A stretch of DNA of 59,169 bases from Vermamoeba vermiformis (GCA_045837725.1 JBEWZL010000263.1:248001-307169), one strand, 5' to 3'; counted from the stretch's first letter, positions 14,267-27,986 are shown. A program made the numbers and translations. The notes: generated by a model from the letters alone, not told the origin.

Positions 14267-14609
14267 TTAGATCTTGTCAGTCTTGTGTAGGGTTCCACGG
14301 TCTTCTCACACGAAGAATAAAATTAACCGTCGTATATGGACTGACTATGGCAGGTTTCTCTCGCGAGATTGAAATTTCTAAATCGTGAATACTGAATTGT
14401 CAGTAATCCGTCAGATCTTCACTCAATACAAGGTTTTACCATTAATCCATTCTCTTTACGTGCTTCTATGATAATTACACAGAATAAAATTGTTCTGACT
14501 GAAATTTTTTGGCGATTTCTGACTTGAAATCACGATTTCAGCCGTTATGAACGCACTACGAGTGGTGATCTCCAAACGATTTTTCTCCACATCAAAACGA
14601 TTATTTAAA

Positions 14610-16348
14610 ATGGAATCTAAGAGATCTGTTCGCGTATTGTATCACGTAAGCTAATTTTTATGCAAAGTCGATACTCGTAGCGTGTATTAATTTTTTAAAA
14701 TTAAGTGCCCTTGCCCTGATGGTGCATATGCTATGTTAGCTGCATATTTGCGATTTAAAAATGAACCTAATACTGGTAATATTTATTTTGATTTTTTTTT
14801 CATATTATTTTTTCTGATTAAATTCGCATAATTCATCTAGAAGTCAAATACGTCCCGCATATGACCTACAAGGCCTTGGAAGTGAAAAATAATCCTTTAT
14901 TCACAAAAGAAAGTGAAATCTATTTGTAAGTCAGATTTGGATCCGCTCTTCCTCACTTGATTATGCTAATGAGCCATTCATTCAGAGTTGATTACATCGG
15001 CCCCGAAAATTTCATCACGGAATTGTCGCCATTGGTCAAAAAGATCACCGTGCTCGATCATCACAAGACCGGCTTAGAATTGGTCGACAAACTCAAAGCT
15101 GAAAACAAAATGCCTGAAAACGGTACTATATTCATATGCGCTATAATCAATCCTATAACGGGCATAATTTTATAATATCTTAATAACCCTCAGTGTTTTG
15201 AAATCGGATCGGATCTGGTTAAGTTAACTAATTCTCTTTTTATTATAGTCGAGGCTCATTATACTATGGAGAAATCAGGTGCTACAATTTCATGGGACTA
15301 TTTTTCAGCTCAAAAGCGATTGATCGAAGATGACGCTACTCTCAAGTACGATAACATGAGTCTGACTTTTTATTTGAGTGTTTGCAAGAATTAATTTATT
15401 TCCTTATTTAGACAAGCTGAAAGATTCTACAGTTACATCGAAGATAACGATTTGTGGCGCAAATCATTGCCGTTCACGAACGAATTTTCAAGGTACAGAT
15501 CTAGATCGCATCGAGATTTGATTATACATCCTAAGCACAACCATATTATATTATTATATGTTATCATTAATATTAATTATCATTTGCGAATGAATTTAAT
15601 GACATACGAACCTCGTCGCAAATTTTTTATTAGCAGTTGTTAATTTTTTTTTATTTGCAGCGGCCTGAGAGAACGAAATTTAGCCTTTGATTGCGACAAA
15701 AATCCAAATATTTACGCAGAATTGCAATACTACGATGTTGATGCGTTGATTGAAACCGGCAAAAAAGTTTTGGAAGAAGAACAGCGTGTTATTTCACTCA
15801 TTCTTGACACTGCTTTTACTGTACGTCCTATCATTATATTTATTATTAATATGCTCATAATTAACCTGAAAAAAATGATTAGATTAAATTGGGGGGCAAA
15901 GACAATGATTACGGCGAATGTTTGGCGGTCACTACTTCACGCGCTGATTTACGCAGTCAAATGGTACGAAACAACTTATCTTTCCTTATTTGGTAATGAG
16001 ACTGACGAGTGGTAATAGGGCAATGAGTTGGCGATTAAAAGTCAGAAAGCTGGATTGCGCGGCATTGGTGCAATTGTCTACACTGAAAATGATATGCACG
16101 ACAAGACTAAATACAAAGGTATTATTATTTCCTGTTAAAAATCCCGAGCTAATTATCTGTCGTAGTGAGCTTGAGATCGATTAAGGATGAAGATACTACT
16201 CCTATTTCAACCGCTTACGGTGGTGGAGGTAAGATCCAGATCTGAATATCTACTTAAGCGTACTGACCCTTTTATTGCAGGTCATAAGAACGCCAGTTCG
16301 TTTTCAGTTTCGATTGATGAATTCAACACTTGGAGAAAGACTAACTGA
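14610..16348 (+). CDS. DHH/DHHA1-family phosphoesterase (nanoRNase-like), multi-exon
   Basis: Spliced motifs VLYH|CPCPDG, VLDHHK, KSGATISWDYF, YIEDNDLWRK and YGGG|GHKNAS. Confidence 0.85.
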
Positions 16349-16491
16349 AGTTCGAACAAGTGAATGATTGGTAGTAAAAGTGAACTTGAAACTTTTTGAT
16401 CGCGCACTATTTAGTTCCGAGAAAAGCATTTGGCTTATGTAGACGTACCTTCTGAAAGTACATTTATTATATATTCTTTGTTGTCACAAGG

Positions 16492-18234
16492 CTATTTATA
16501 GACCAAATGCAACATGCTTTCCTCGTTAGGAACGCCAAGTCTGAGCGGGAAGCCATAATAACCCGTGCCTCTGTGCACGTAAATGCGCTTAGTGCCCTGT
16601 GCCCAATAACCTTGTTCAGCGACTTTGACGCCGAGCAGTCTCGGTACGCTGAATACTGTTGCATCAATGCCCCACGTCAAAAATCCTAATTGACCACCGT
16701 GCAAGTGTCCTGATAAGACAAGATCGGCCTAATAGCGTAGTGTTAAGTCAGCGGCACATAGCTAACGGATGGATCCGAGTTCAACTTACGTATCCTTCAG
16801 GGACAAATTTGAAGTGGAATGGATTGTGCAAGAGTAAGATCGTCGAAGCACAGTCTGTGCGACGCGGTTTGCTGCGAATGAATTGTTCCATCTTTGGCTT
16901 GACGTCGCGGAAGTGGAAGTCAGATCCGAGCACTTGGATTTTACCGAGGTCTTCAAGCACACTTAATACACAGTTGACTATATATCATGTGCTACTTACG
17001 TGTCTCGAGCACAAGTTCGTCGTCGATCAACAAAGGAATGTTCAATTGTTTCATTGCGTCAATGGTGTGAGAAATAGCTTCGTAGTCATGGTTCTGCGCC
17101 GAAATTTTCTTAGTAATCACTATTCAATAAAGAACCTATTTAGACTTACGCCCAAGCATGCGACGGTTTTGTATGCAAAAGGCTTGAGTGGTGACAATGC
17201 CTCCACGAGTGCACCGGTATGATGATGAGCCTTAAGGGTTGTGTTAGCGAATATATAAAGCAATTGTATTCGGGCCATAAATCGATCGTACCTGCATAGT
17301 AAAGAAATCTCCCGTCAAAAATATCAAGTCAGGCTGCTCTGCAACAATTTTCTCGCAAATTGAGCGAAGTCTATTTATCGGGTTGAAAGGTCCTAAATGC
17401 GGGTCTGTAACTTGACATATCTTCAAGACCGAGCAATTGTTGGCATTACTAGATTTATGAGGTGTCAGTCTAAGTCCAATTATACTATAATTGGGCTACG
17501 CGAATACTTACATAAGTGCCGGATCCGATGTAAACTTATAACCTTGCAATTGAATCAATTTCGAGCCCACATCCTTTCTATCAATTACAATGTGTCGTTT
17601 TTCGAATGGAGGTCTGTGCATGGAATGATAGAGACCAATAGCTGCTCGAGAGTTAGTTCATGAACCATTATTTCAGTGAACGAGGACGAAATGAAACTTT
17701 GTTGAAACTTACTCCAAATTACTGCTGAAACAACAAGTGTCCACTGAGGTGATACAGGGTACACTAGGCTTAATAATGAATATGCCACCCAGTGGAAGAA
17801 AACTACGGCAAAGAACCACGAGGATGGAATGTCAACGAGGATCCGCACAGGTGTTGGGTTTAATTTTCCTAAATTATTGAATATGTTAAAAATTATGATT
17901 AATATTCCTAAGTCAATAATATTGCGTATCGGCTTATTTAGATTATTTTGAATTTTTAATTTTAAAAAGTCTTACCTCTCGTGTATGTAATCATCATAGC
18001 AAAATAAGCGAATGAGAAATACATATATACCACTTCGAGAGCAAATGGATGTGGAAATGATCTGTAAAGGCTCTTCAACAGGGCAGTTTGGATGAGAATC
18101 ATAATGGTGGGAAATAGCAATGTCCTTAGCTTGCCGGTCTTTGAATCGTGACGCGCAGGACCAAGTGTTAAATTAAAAAGTGAATAGGCACAAACGAGTC
18201 CTATTTCAACGTATGCTAAGCTGTCTAACCACAT
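16492..18234 (-). CDS. Transmembrane metallophosphoesterase (TMPPE/YkuE-like)
   Basis: N-terminal hydrophobic exons, then calcineurin-like motifs DPHLG, LTGDFF, ACLG|NHDY, LLHNP, GHLHGGQ and HRGTG..PLRLG. Confidence 0.88.
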
Positions 18235-18290
18235 CTCTTCTGTTACTTGTCGTTCGATTGTTATGCTATATGGTCATCATATTAAGATAT

Positions 18291-18485
18291 TTACATTAAA
18301 TGAATTCCCGTTTCTCCTTCGCCTTTTATTCCGCTCCGTTTTTTGCCTGCGTGGCTGTTTGGACCAGCTGGGAAATTCAAACCAACCTTACTTGTGACGT
18401 GTAAGATTGCTAACAACGCCATAACGAGAATTATAGGAATTATAAAAAGGAAAAACAGCAAGTTAACCATAACCTGTCTGATCAA
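18291..18485 (-). CDS. Possible small single-TM protein
   Basis: Short ORF with one strongly hydrophobic stretch; no clear start exon. Confidence 0.25.
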   Translation of the reverse strand: MIRQVMVNLLFFLFIIPIILVMALLAILHVTSKVGLNFPAGPNSHAGKKRSGIKGEGETGIHLM

Positions 18486-18667
18486 GCTCGTTCTTGCTTT
18501 GCGCGAGTAAGATGGGTAGTAGGGAATAGCTAATCTACGCCTATGTATAAGCTAGCGAGCTGATTTTGTTATTAATTAATGGATCATCATTAGATTAATT
18601 TTACATGGTTTATATTCGCTTTTGAGCGCTGATCGGATCCTACAAAGTGATTGGCGCGATTGTTTTC

Positions 18668-19249
18668 TTAAGCAGAGCCTTCCTTTTGCAACTTAGCTTC
18701 GAGTCTGGCACTGTCTTGCAATAATTGAACGTCAACGTGTTCTTTGGGCATGTGCACATATCGAACTACTGATCCTCTGATAAAGCAAGTTTTGACCGAC
18801 ATCTGAAGAGAGAAAAATATTAGAAAAAATCCTAATATGCATTGCACGTGATTTTCTTATATAATATTAAATATTATTGTTAAAAAGTGCGTGCTAAGGA
18901 AATTAAAAAATTGGCGAAACTAATAATTTTTTAATTAATCCTAAACTAGCCGATAACCGTAAATAAAATTCTGAATATAATTGCTTATAGAATATTAAAT
19001 GTAATTACCAAATGAGGGTATTTTTCTTCATCAACAACGCTGATATTTGTTAATTTGAGGTTTAAGTATTGATCGACAGCGTGCAGTGTGCCTTCAATCA
19101 TAATATCATTCTTAAGTTCAACTACAATAGTTTTGCCAATAAGAGTCTTGAAAAATGAATAGAAAAGCTAAATACGAAAATCATTAGTCGTAGATCGCAG
19201 CTATAGAATTGCTCCCAGCCTCTTGGTCGCGTATAAATCAACTTACCAT
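18668..19249 (-). CDS. LSM2: U6 snRNA-associated Sm-like protein LSm2 (exons 19247-19249, 19009-19167, 18668-18802)
   Basis: Spliced translation MLFYSFFKTLIGKTIVVELKNDIMIEGTLHAVDQYLNLKLTNISVVDEEKYPHLMSVKTCFIRGSVVRYV...*. Missed by the ORF track; the first coding exon is ATG only. Confidence 0.97.
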
Positions 19250-19507
19250 CTTTATATATTACAATAAATAGTATTATGCGCTCTTATGGTTGCTGATATG
19301 AAAAAGAAAATATTTTTCAATGTGCAACAGAGGATCCGCCAGGGCAATGCAACCGGCACAGTGCTTGGATGATAAACTTTAATTATAATACAGTTATTTA
19401 CGCCTCGATTATGATTACAAATCAATATTAATGCCGAACAGCAAACAATAAACCTCTCGAACTCAAGATCAAGCTTGCAAAGGCCAAATTGAACTTCAGC
19501 TTACTAA

Positions 19508-21219
19508 TTACTTAGCGACCATAGACTTTGGTCTTCCAAAATAGTTCTGTAATAGGCGATTAATAAACTTGCACACCAAGGAGGTCGGTAAGTTCAACAT
19601 CCGCAACGTACCAATTGATAGAGCAACGCTTTGCGCTCCTCAACCTCTTGTCTTTGCATTAATTGCATCTGTCGCTCGACTTCGTCGTCGTTCTCCATGC
19701 CGTCATTATTATTGATTTGATGCAACAACCCCAAGGCGATCAGTTTCTGTCGTTGCATTTTAGTGAACTCTTCACGCTTTTTCTGGGCCTATTGATAACA
19801 AAGGGTTAGCATTCTATTCGATATGCACTAATATATCAAAACTAATACTAGATTTGATGTATATAAAAACTACCTCGTACATTTCCCGTTCTTCTGTTGT
19901 CATGACGCTGACCTTCTTTTTCATCATCTTTTGCTGAGCCCTGCGAATACAACGTTATTATACGTCCATGCCGAGGGCTGCTATAAGGTACATACCTCCT
20001 TAAGAACTCAGGGGTGACAGGAACGGTCAAGGCGCGCTTCGATTTCTCGGGGATGAAACTGACAGTGCCAGCAGCTGCTTGGGCCCGGGCTCGTTGTACG
20101 GCTGTCTTAGCGACCGTTTTAGTCTCAGGCTTGGTAGTGTGGCGCACGTTGTTTTGAATGTTGGTTTGGTTTTGGAGTTGTCGTGTTCGGTTGGGAGCGA
20201 CTGTGGTGTTGATCTCGGCCGAGATCTTGGACAGAGGTCGTCGCTTTTGCAGCTCTTGCGCGTTGTAGGTGGCAGTGTATGATTTAGCAGGAGGAATGAC
20301 CTTCTTCTTGGCCTCTTCGACGCGTTGTTGGAAACGGCTAGCACCGATGTTTGATTTGTAACGAGGTTGCATATTGTTAGTCTTCGTGTTCTTGGCCATC
20401 TGCATTTGTAACAGCTTCTCCTTGATGCTAACTGGCGGAGGAACCTTGACTGCAGTCTGCACTTTAGGCTTGGATGCGAGGTTAGCAACACGAGGCGCGT
20501 GAATAGGAGCGGTAAGAGCTGGCTTAGGCTTGGGAGCAACAGGCTTTACGACTGGCTTGGACTCCTTGACGATAGGCTTAGAAGGTTGCACGACCTTCTT
20601 CTGTGTTTGTTGTGTCTTGGATGCGGTTGCAGCGTGACGCTTGTTGTTGATCACGGTCTGAACTGTAGCTTTCTTTGTAGGATTTACTTTCGTGATGGTA
20701 CTGACAGGTCTCTCGCTAATACTGCTCTCGTCCTCGCTAACAGAGTCGTACTCCTTGGTCACGGAGGTAATCTGTGGTTTGAACTTCGATGCGCTGTTCT
20801 GCTCGGCAAATAACAATGAGATTCGAACGACGCCACAAGCTATATTACTTACGAGGGTGGGAGTTGAGACCTCGCTAAAGTAGCCAGGAGGGGTCTTCAT
20901 TTGGAACGGGGAGGCTTCAACGGATGCGATTTCACTCAGCATATCCTCGTCGTCATCCTCATCCTCTGAATCAATATCTAAATAATCCTTTTCTGCGCGA
21001 ATTTGCTTCTCTATATAAGGAATAATAAGCTACTATTCGCAATAATTTTTGAATTTTAAAAAGTGCGCGATCCTTACCAAACCATTCGTCTGCCTTTGAA
21101 TCCTCAGCAGTATCGACCTTGGTAAAATCGATGAATTTTGGCGCGTTGAATTCGTATTTAGGGTCCACTTCCCACTCTTGGGGACCTGCGCTTGTGTCTT
21201 GCTCGAAATCTGCTGACAT
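19508..21219 (-). CDS. TPX2-like spindle/microtubule protein
   Basis: N-terminal YEFNAPKFIDF...ADEWF resembles the TPX2 Aurora-A-binding motif. It is followed by a basic disordered middle and LTVPVTPEFLRR...MTTEEREM. Confidence 0.7.
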
Positions 21220-21589
21220 TATTGCTACCCTATCTAAATGCTTGAAGACGAAACTTAATTGATCTTCAAACGTGCTATGATACAAATAAAATAATAAAAT
21301 GAACGTTGAGGAAGGCACGAAAAAAGTTGAGTTTCGGAAAGTAGCCGTTACAACAAAGAAAAAATGGCGGGAAACCTCTTTTTTTTGCCAACGTGCAATT
21401 CCGCGCACTTCAGTGACTACCAAAAAAGTTCAACAGTCTAACACAAACAAATGCAAGGGTATTTGAACGCGTGCATTGGGATTGCGGTCGATCCTCTCTA
21501 TGTATCGTCATCCAAACTGAAATACCTTCACAGTAGTGCTCTCGAATAATTACAGTGTTTATTATTTCTACGATGTATCTGTTATTTAC

Positions 21590-22050
21590 TAGACTTCGCT
21601 CGTTTGATCCTGTGGCCGACATCTCTGTGTTGTTCTTGAACAATAACACTAGCTTTCATCCCGTTAACGCACCAATCACTCACCCCATTCTTGAGGTAAG
21701 TAGAACCGAACTCGGTGTAAAAGTGATGTATATTATAAATAATTTCCTATTTTTTTCGTTTCAGATGTCGATTTTTGCTCAGCAATTATTCTCGCGGCGG
21801 TTGTGTTGTGCCACGATCCCGTTACTTGTAAGAGCTAACAGTTTTAGTAAGTACTTCTTGCGCATCTCCTATTGCTGCTGGAGTCACGTCATTACTCACC
21901 GAGGCATTGTTGGCTAAGGAAGCCCACCGTAGTATCAAATTAGACCTCACTGGGACTCCTAACTAGGTCCAAGCGTGCGTGCCTGGTTGCGCTGTCACTG
22001 ACTTGGGCATTCCAAGGTTCACTGAGCTTTCTTCAAGACCTTGAACATCC
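21590..22050 (+). pseudogene. Degenerate C-terminal fragment of an S53 (sedolisin/TPP1/physarolisin-like) peptidase
   Basis: STSCASPIAAGVTSLLTEALLAK resembles GTSASAPxxAGxxxLLNxxxL. ACVPGCAVTDLGIPRFTEL resembles PGWDPVTGLGTPNF. Stops and frame breaks are present and there is no N-terminal part. Confidence 0.45.
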
Positions 22051-22210
22051 TCTTCCTCTTCCTCTAAGCCCATTGTGTATATAATGGGCTTTTTGTGCCT
22101 TAAGTAAAGTAAACCAGCTTAAGAACACTCCATTTTACTTGCCAATGATGAGAACACATTAGGCACCGGAAAATATATTTGCTTGTAATATTTGGTGGAT
22201 CTTGTACGCT

Positions 22211-25200
22211 ATGCCGTTAATTCAGCCGCGCAAAGTAACGGAGATCCACGACTGGCATCTCGTTAAGCAAGATTCGCACCTGATCTTGGAGAAAAAGGCG
22301 CCAGTAAAGAAGGCCTTTGGTCAATCGGTCACTAATTATAGAATATTATTGAAATTTAATCGTCAGCAAGTCGCACAAGCTACTTCAGAAAAAGACATAC
22401 TCGAGTGTTGGAATCAACTTCAGCCTGGAGCGGATGTGCATTCATTCGCGCAAGTTCAGTCACTTAATTATGCGCCCAATCATTTATTTGCGTTAATCGA
22501 TCAATTATACAAGAAAGAATTGGAAGAGATCGGGATCGCTTTGAAACCCACGCACGTAAGCAACAAAAAATTAAAATAATAATTTTAAATAATAATTAGA
22601 GTATAGTTTGAGTATATAATTGTATTAATACAGCGATTACGTGATTATAAATAATTTTCTGGAGATCTGTCAATTTCAAATAATCCCCAAAAACCCAACT
22701 ACAGTAGTATTAACGACGATCATTATAGCAAGATGAAGCGGAATATTTAGCAAATATATACTCAATAGTACAAGAATTAAAAACAATTTACGAGCATGAA
22801 GGGACAAACCGCCTCACAGACGAAAGTACGCAAGATCCTGCTTAAAGAAAATTCTGAAACAGTACTAATCATATTTTAGGTACCAAGTCTCTCATAGGAA
22901 TGCTATGCCTAGTCTCACGATCATGCTTAGACTGTTCTAAAAGATTATTATTGAAAAGACTCATGAAAAACGTAATTGACGGCAGATCGGATCCAAATCA
23001 AGGATTATTCGTGCCTGAGGATAGTAATAATAGCGATAAGAATTCTGAAGGAATAGTCGACGAGCTACAGGTAATTTCGAATCTTTGTAAAAACGAATCA
23101 TTTGGATTGTAATTTTAGTGAACTTTTCCTTTTCAGGAAACGCTTCTTTTTCACTGAAAAGCAAATTTATTACTAATAATATTAATATAGCTCCGTACGC
23201 ACTTTGTGGATAATGTAAATAATTTGTATACTACTGAAACCAAATTGAACGAGGTAAGAAAACAATTCTAGGGCTAATTTGGTAATTAATCACGTCGCTA
23301 TTAATAGGACCTCTTGAATATAAACAACAGAATCAAACGAATTGAAAATATTCCGACCCAGTAAGTTATTGCAACAAAATTTTGTTCTTGCGCAGCACGG
23401 AGTAATTCCGGGATATTGAATTCAATTGCTATTTTTAGAGCATTCACACGTGACGCAGTGTTCTACGTGCCAATCATCGACGAGGTGAACAAAGCGTTTG
23501 ACAGTCAATTCATCGATCAAATTCTCAACAACGACGACTCGATTAGTGACGTGGAACTGGAAGAGAAAGTGTTCGAGTACTTTGATCAGGTCTTCATGCA
23601 GTATGTGGCACTATATAATATTTATGATTAGAATACACTCAGAGCTATTTGCAATAATTTTTGATGATTGGATCCGCAAATTTATAATTGCATTTTTATG
23701 CTAAGCCTTTACATTTTGATATTAAGTCATATATTGCAATCTACGAGGCATTTAGTATAAGTGTATAAGTGATGGACTAATATTATATTTTAGGATGCAA
23801 GATCCAATCACGGTAGCAGTCCGCAACACGAGTAAACTCTTAGAAGGTCGATTGCGAGAGAAAATGATTCGTGCTGGCAAAATACTGTCGTCACCCACTA
23901 GCAACAGCAATTTAAAACTGTCCCAATCTATTGACTCGACGCCGTCCTCGGTCATCGATGCGTTGAAAGAAGATGTGGCACAGTTGTTAGGTAAGCTTTG
24001 CGATTATTTATTGGTAGATTAGTGCTATCTTAATGACACTATTGCTATTTTTAGAAATCTTCAAGGCCTCGTTTCAACTTTCATTCCCCAATTTGAGCGT
24101 GAGATCGACGCGTGTCCTGAACGTGATTAAATACGTCTTGGGCGATATATTTGCAGCCAATTTGCATTCACTATTGTTGGAATATTACAAATCTGTCGTA
24201 AGTACCATCGCAGCTGTTTCAGCAAGCAAGTTACCATATTTGGAAAATTTTCATTCGACCACCTTTTGCTAAACCATTCTATTTCGTATTATTTTTATTA
24301 ATTCCGATTGGCTGATCTATTTTTAGAACGGTGAAAAAGACGGCATTGCTTCATTGAAGTGCATCGAGTTCAAAAAACAAGCGTCATTCGACAAGATTGG
24401 CATCAACAAGAAGTACTGGGATGCATTGAAAGTAAGACCTATTGGCGCTACAATGAAGACGGTGTTAAGTAGTATTGTTATTAGGACCAATCGGCGATCA
24501 ATGATATTTCCAAATTTGGCGCGCTGTTCGTGAAAACCAATAGCATCATCAAAAAATTGCGATTTTTGGATCAAATGGCCACGCAGCTCTGTCAACACGC
24601 AGCGAGCAAACAAAAGAAACAAGAGTCGATGTAAGTCATTGCGAATATTGCCAGTTAGGAAATATTAACTTTGATTCGTACAGTGGTGCGGATGATTTTC
24701 TGCCGTTAGTGACGTACATTATGATCCAAGCGAATATTCCGTACATTTATTCCGAGCTCGAATTCATCGCGGATTTCATTCCCGAGACTCATTTGCTCGG
24801 CAAGAATGGTACGTACAAAGACCTCAATTTGACACGTGTCATATCATATTTTTCTTATCGAACTGTTGCATCTAATTGCGCTAAGTTCGCGTTAGTACGT
24901 GTCACTTTTTGACGCCAAATTATTAACGTTTCGAGCTTAAAATCGCCTTTAGCTAACGCTGCCTTATTAGGCTATTTGCTGGTGTCAGTTCAAGCAGCAA
25001 TGCACCACATTCTTATCATGGACACACTCGAAGCACGTGACTTGGCCAGGGTCGCCAGCTCTCTCGGCACCAATTCCAACAATTCGTCACGCAGAAGCAG
25101 CATCGTCTCGGATATTAGCGACGACAACAACAGAATGTTAATTTCACCAGTCGCAGCTCAGTTGACCACACCGACAAAGAGCAGAGCGAGTTCAGGTGGT

Positions 25201-26795
25201 TCAGTTGATTTGCAGCCACCGACACCTGAAGGCTCGCGCATGAATTTTGACGAAGAATCGAGCACGGGAGGCAGTCCTGAAGGCAACAAATTTGATCAGT
25301 TTTTGAACGGAAATAACTCGCTGTACATTTTGAACGGAGAACCGGCCGGACACGAAGGTACGTCAAAAGACATTCGATATTACCTAATAAGGAAATAATT
25401 CATAGTTTGCGAATTGAGTTCTTCGAGTCAACTTCAGCGAATTATAAATTTGAATTTTGCCTAATAAGGAAAGCTAATTTTAATTTTGCAGTTGTAAACG
25501 ACACGGAACAGGCGCTTAATTTGTCGATCAAATTGATCTCGTGCATCATCAGCATTTACAAGAAACACTGCAAGACAGTGAACAGCACTAAAGAGTTCCA
25601 AGTGGCCTCCGATCTCATTCACCAAGATGAATTTTACCGCGCTTTTGTCACTGACAGCGCTCAACTGCATTCAGTACGTTACCCTCGCAACATTTCCTTA
25701 TTAGGTAATTGCCAAAGTTAACATCAACTCTTCTGTTTAGGTGACAGCAGTCGGCATGACAGAGCATCAAAAGATTGTGTTTTTTGTAAATATTTATCAC
25801 ACGCTCTTGTTGCACAGTTACGTGGAAATGGATTCCATTCCTGACAGCAACTTCAGCAAAGTGTCACACGCTCGATCCGTCGGTTATCAAATAGGTAAAA
25901 AACATTGACTAATAACATTATACTTACACGTTAGTTAATTCTTGTATTAGGTGGTTATGCTATTTCATTGTTATCCATTGAACATGAAATTTTACGAGCC
26001 TGTTCGCATCGACCTGCATTCTTTGGTACGAATTATAGTTAAAGCATATATATATATATATAGTATACTCTTTGGATGATAGTGCTAATAATGATTTATA
26101 AAATAATTGTTCGTAGGTTCGAGTTTCCTGATCTCAAAGTCCCCTCGTGGAGGAGCAGTTTCACAACTCTCGTTAACTCAACCTTATCCTCAGGTAAAGT
26201 CATAGTGCTGTATATTATATACTAGGTCCCAGTTATTAATATAAACACAATTCAGATCACGTTTTTGTTGTGCACATTGACGAAGAGCAGTCCGCCAGTG
26301 CGCGTGTTGACGATGGAAAATGTCGAGTCAATTCTGCACCACGCAGCGTACTCGTACATTTCTAAAGAGGTCCTGGTAGAGAAGAAAGTCGTAAGTAATT
26401 GTTATAGTTTATATGGTTACAACTCGTGAGTCACCGGTGATTTTGCGGATCCAGATCCGTGTCGTTCATTTATGTTAAGCTTGTCAGAGTTTATTATGGT
26501 ACTAATAATATGGTGTTAGATCACGTTGCCAAAGCTAGTTGATTGGTACAAAAAAGATTTTGGAAGTTCAACCTCGGCGGTGTTGAAATGGATCGCACTT
26601 TATTTGCCAACAGAACGCAAAAATCAATTTACACAACTATTACACACGAATTCATATCGAATTGCATTCAAATCATATGAATTTGGATTCAAATTCGAGA
26701 CTGATTCGCCGGATCAAGCGGCACTGGAGCTCGCGTCAAATCATCACAGAACAAGTCTCATTGTCCAAGTTGGGGACGGGCCAGTGATAAAATAG
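22211..26795 (+). CDS. Multi-exon protein with VPS9 (Rab5 GEF) domain and C-terminal DUF547-like domain
   Basis: VPS9: GADDFLPLVTYIMIQANIPYIYSELEFI...GYLLVSVQAA. DUF547-like: KIVFFVNIYHTLLLH, IGGYAISLLSIEHEILR, SSPPVRVL and LPKLVDWYKKDFG. Confidence 0.85.
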
Positions 26796-27098
26796 GCCAC
26801 TTCTAAATAAGGAAATGCTGATTTGTAAAGTTGTATACTGTATTATAAATTTTTGTACGGGACGAGATCTGGATACATGCATTTTTCTTGAACGTTCCGA
26901 TTGAGTCTGAAAATTATTCAAAGCGTCTTCATAGATGAAATATTACTTAAATAAGTTATATTCTTGAATTACCGGTTGGGACTAATTTGACACGATTTGA
27001 CATCCGAACGTAAACAATTGTTTTTTCACTTCCATTTCAATTATTTTAAATCCCAAGTGATCATAAGGATACATTGTATATATTTTAAGCATATCCAA

Positions 27099-27752
27099 AT
27101 GATCCGAAGTTATCCATTAGAATCCAAGCCAACGCTGCAGTGGATTACATTTTTCTTCGCAGTCATCGTGGAGCTATATACAGCGACAATAGGAATATTA
27201 TTAGCATATGCAGAGCCAGGCGAGGAGATGCCATATATTGTATTTTCATACACTACATACCCGAGAGTCATTTTGCTGATCATCTGTTCAATACTTGTCG
27301 GCGGCAGAAAATTCTGGCAACAATATATTAAAATAGACGTATTTTTGGTGATGGCAATTTCATCGGTAATAGCATTTGTCTTCATGCAGAACGACGATCC
27401 AGATGCGCTGAAAAATAGGCCGGTTATGTTGCATTCCTCGATAGCCTACGCCATAATGCTATTCTTCCTCATTGGCAATTATCGAGTTATGTTGAAGTGG
27501 TACCCGTGGACTAGAAAGAGATTCTACGTGTACAAGCTGGTTCGATTTTACGCGATCTTGTTCTTCACTCTGCAACAAGTCATCGCGCGACAAATTCAAA
27601 ACTCATCAGCAGTTGGTTATTTTGCAGCTACGTTAGGCTTGCTCAATATTATGATGACATTTGCCGTGATTAAAGAAGGTCAAGTCAAGATCGCCTCTCG
27701 AGCGGCAAAACAGAAACGAGAAGCTGAAGAGCAATTACTTGACAAAGTGTAA
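27099..27752 (+). CDS. Single-exon multi-pass membrane protein, unknown function
   Basis: 217-aa ORF from ATG 27099 with about six hydrophobic segments. Confidence 0.7.
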   Translation: MIRSYPLESKPTLQWITFFFAVIVELYTATIGILLAYAEPGEEMPYIVFSYTTYPRVILLIICSILVGGRKFWQQYIKIDVFLVMAISSVIAFVFMQNDDPDALKNRPVMLHSSIAYAIMLFFLIGNYRVMLKWYPWTRKRFYVYKLVRFYAILFFTLQQVIARQIQNSSAVGYFAATLGLLNIMMTFAVIKEGQVKIASRAAKQKREAEEQLLDKV

Positions 27753-27986
27753 ATATCAGCGTGTTAGTCATAAAGAAATCATGATTGATGCTGCGATCAC
27801 GTGTCTCTCATTTTTTCAAGATTTCCTCGAGGAGGCCGGAGATATTATTTAAAGGATTGGTTATAAAAAATTAGCCCCCAAAAAAAGGGGAAATCCCCGG
27901 AAAAAAAAAAAAAAAAAAAAATCCGATTGCCGATCGAAGTTATTGGTGAGATATTAAGCTATCTTGACTATGACGAAGCTACGATA

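Noticed and set aside
16659-17222. 187-aa plus-strand ORF
   Set aside because: Antisense to the metallophosphoesterase exons and has no recognisable motif.
22066-22095. Hairpin AAGCCCATT/AATGGGCTT followed by a T-run, like an intrinsic terminator
   Set aside because: Eukaryotic locus, single occurrence, no associated RNA gene.
22144-22225. C-box-like ATGATGA (C/D snoRNA)
   Set aside because: No suitably placed CTGA D box or terminal stem.
26045-26062. (AT)n microsatellite
   Set aside because: Short intronic repeat with no further significance.
27870-27920. Homopolymer cluster and A20 run as a retro-insertion tail
   Set aside because: No target-site duplication or element body; likely a promoter poly(dA) tract or low-quality sequence.
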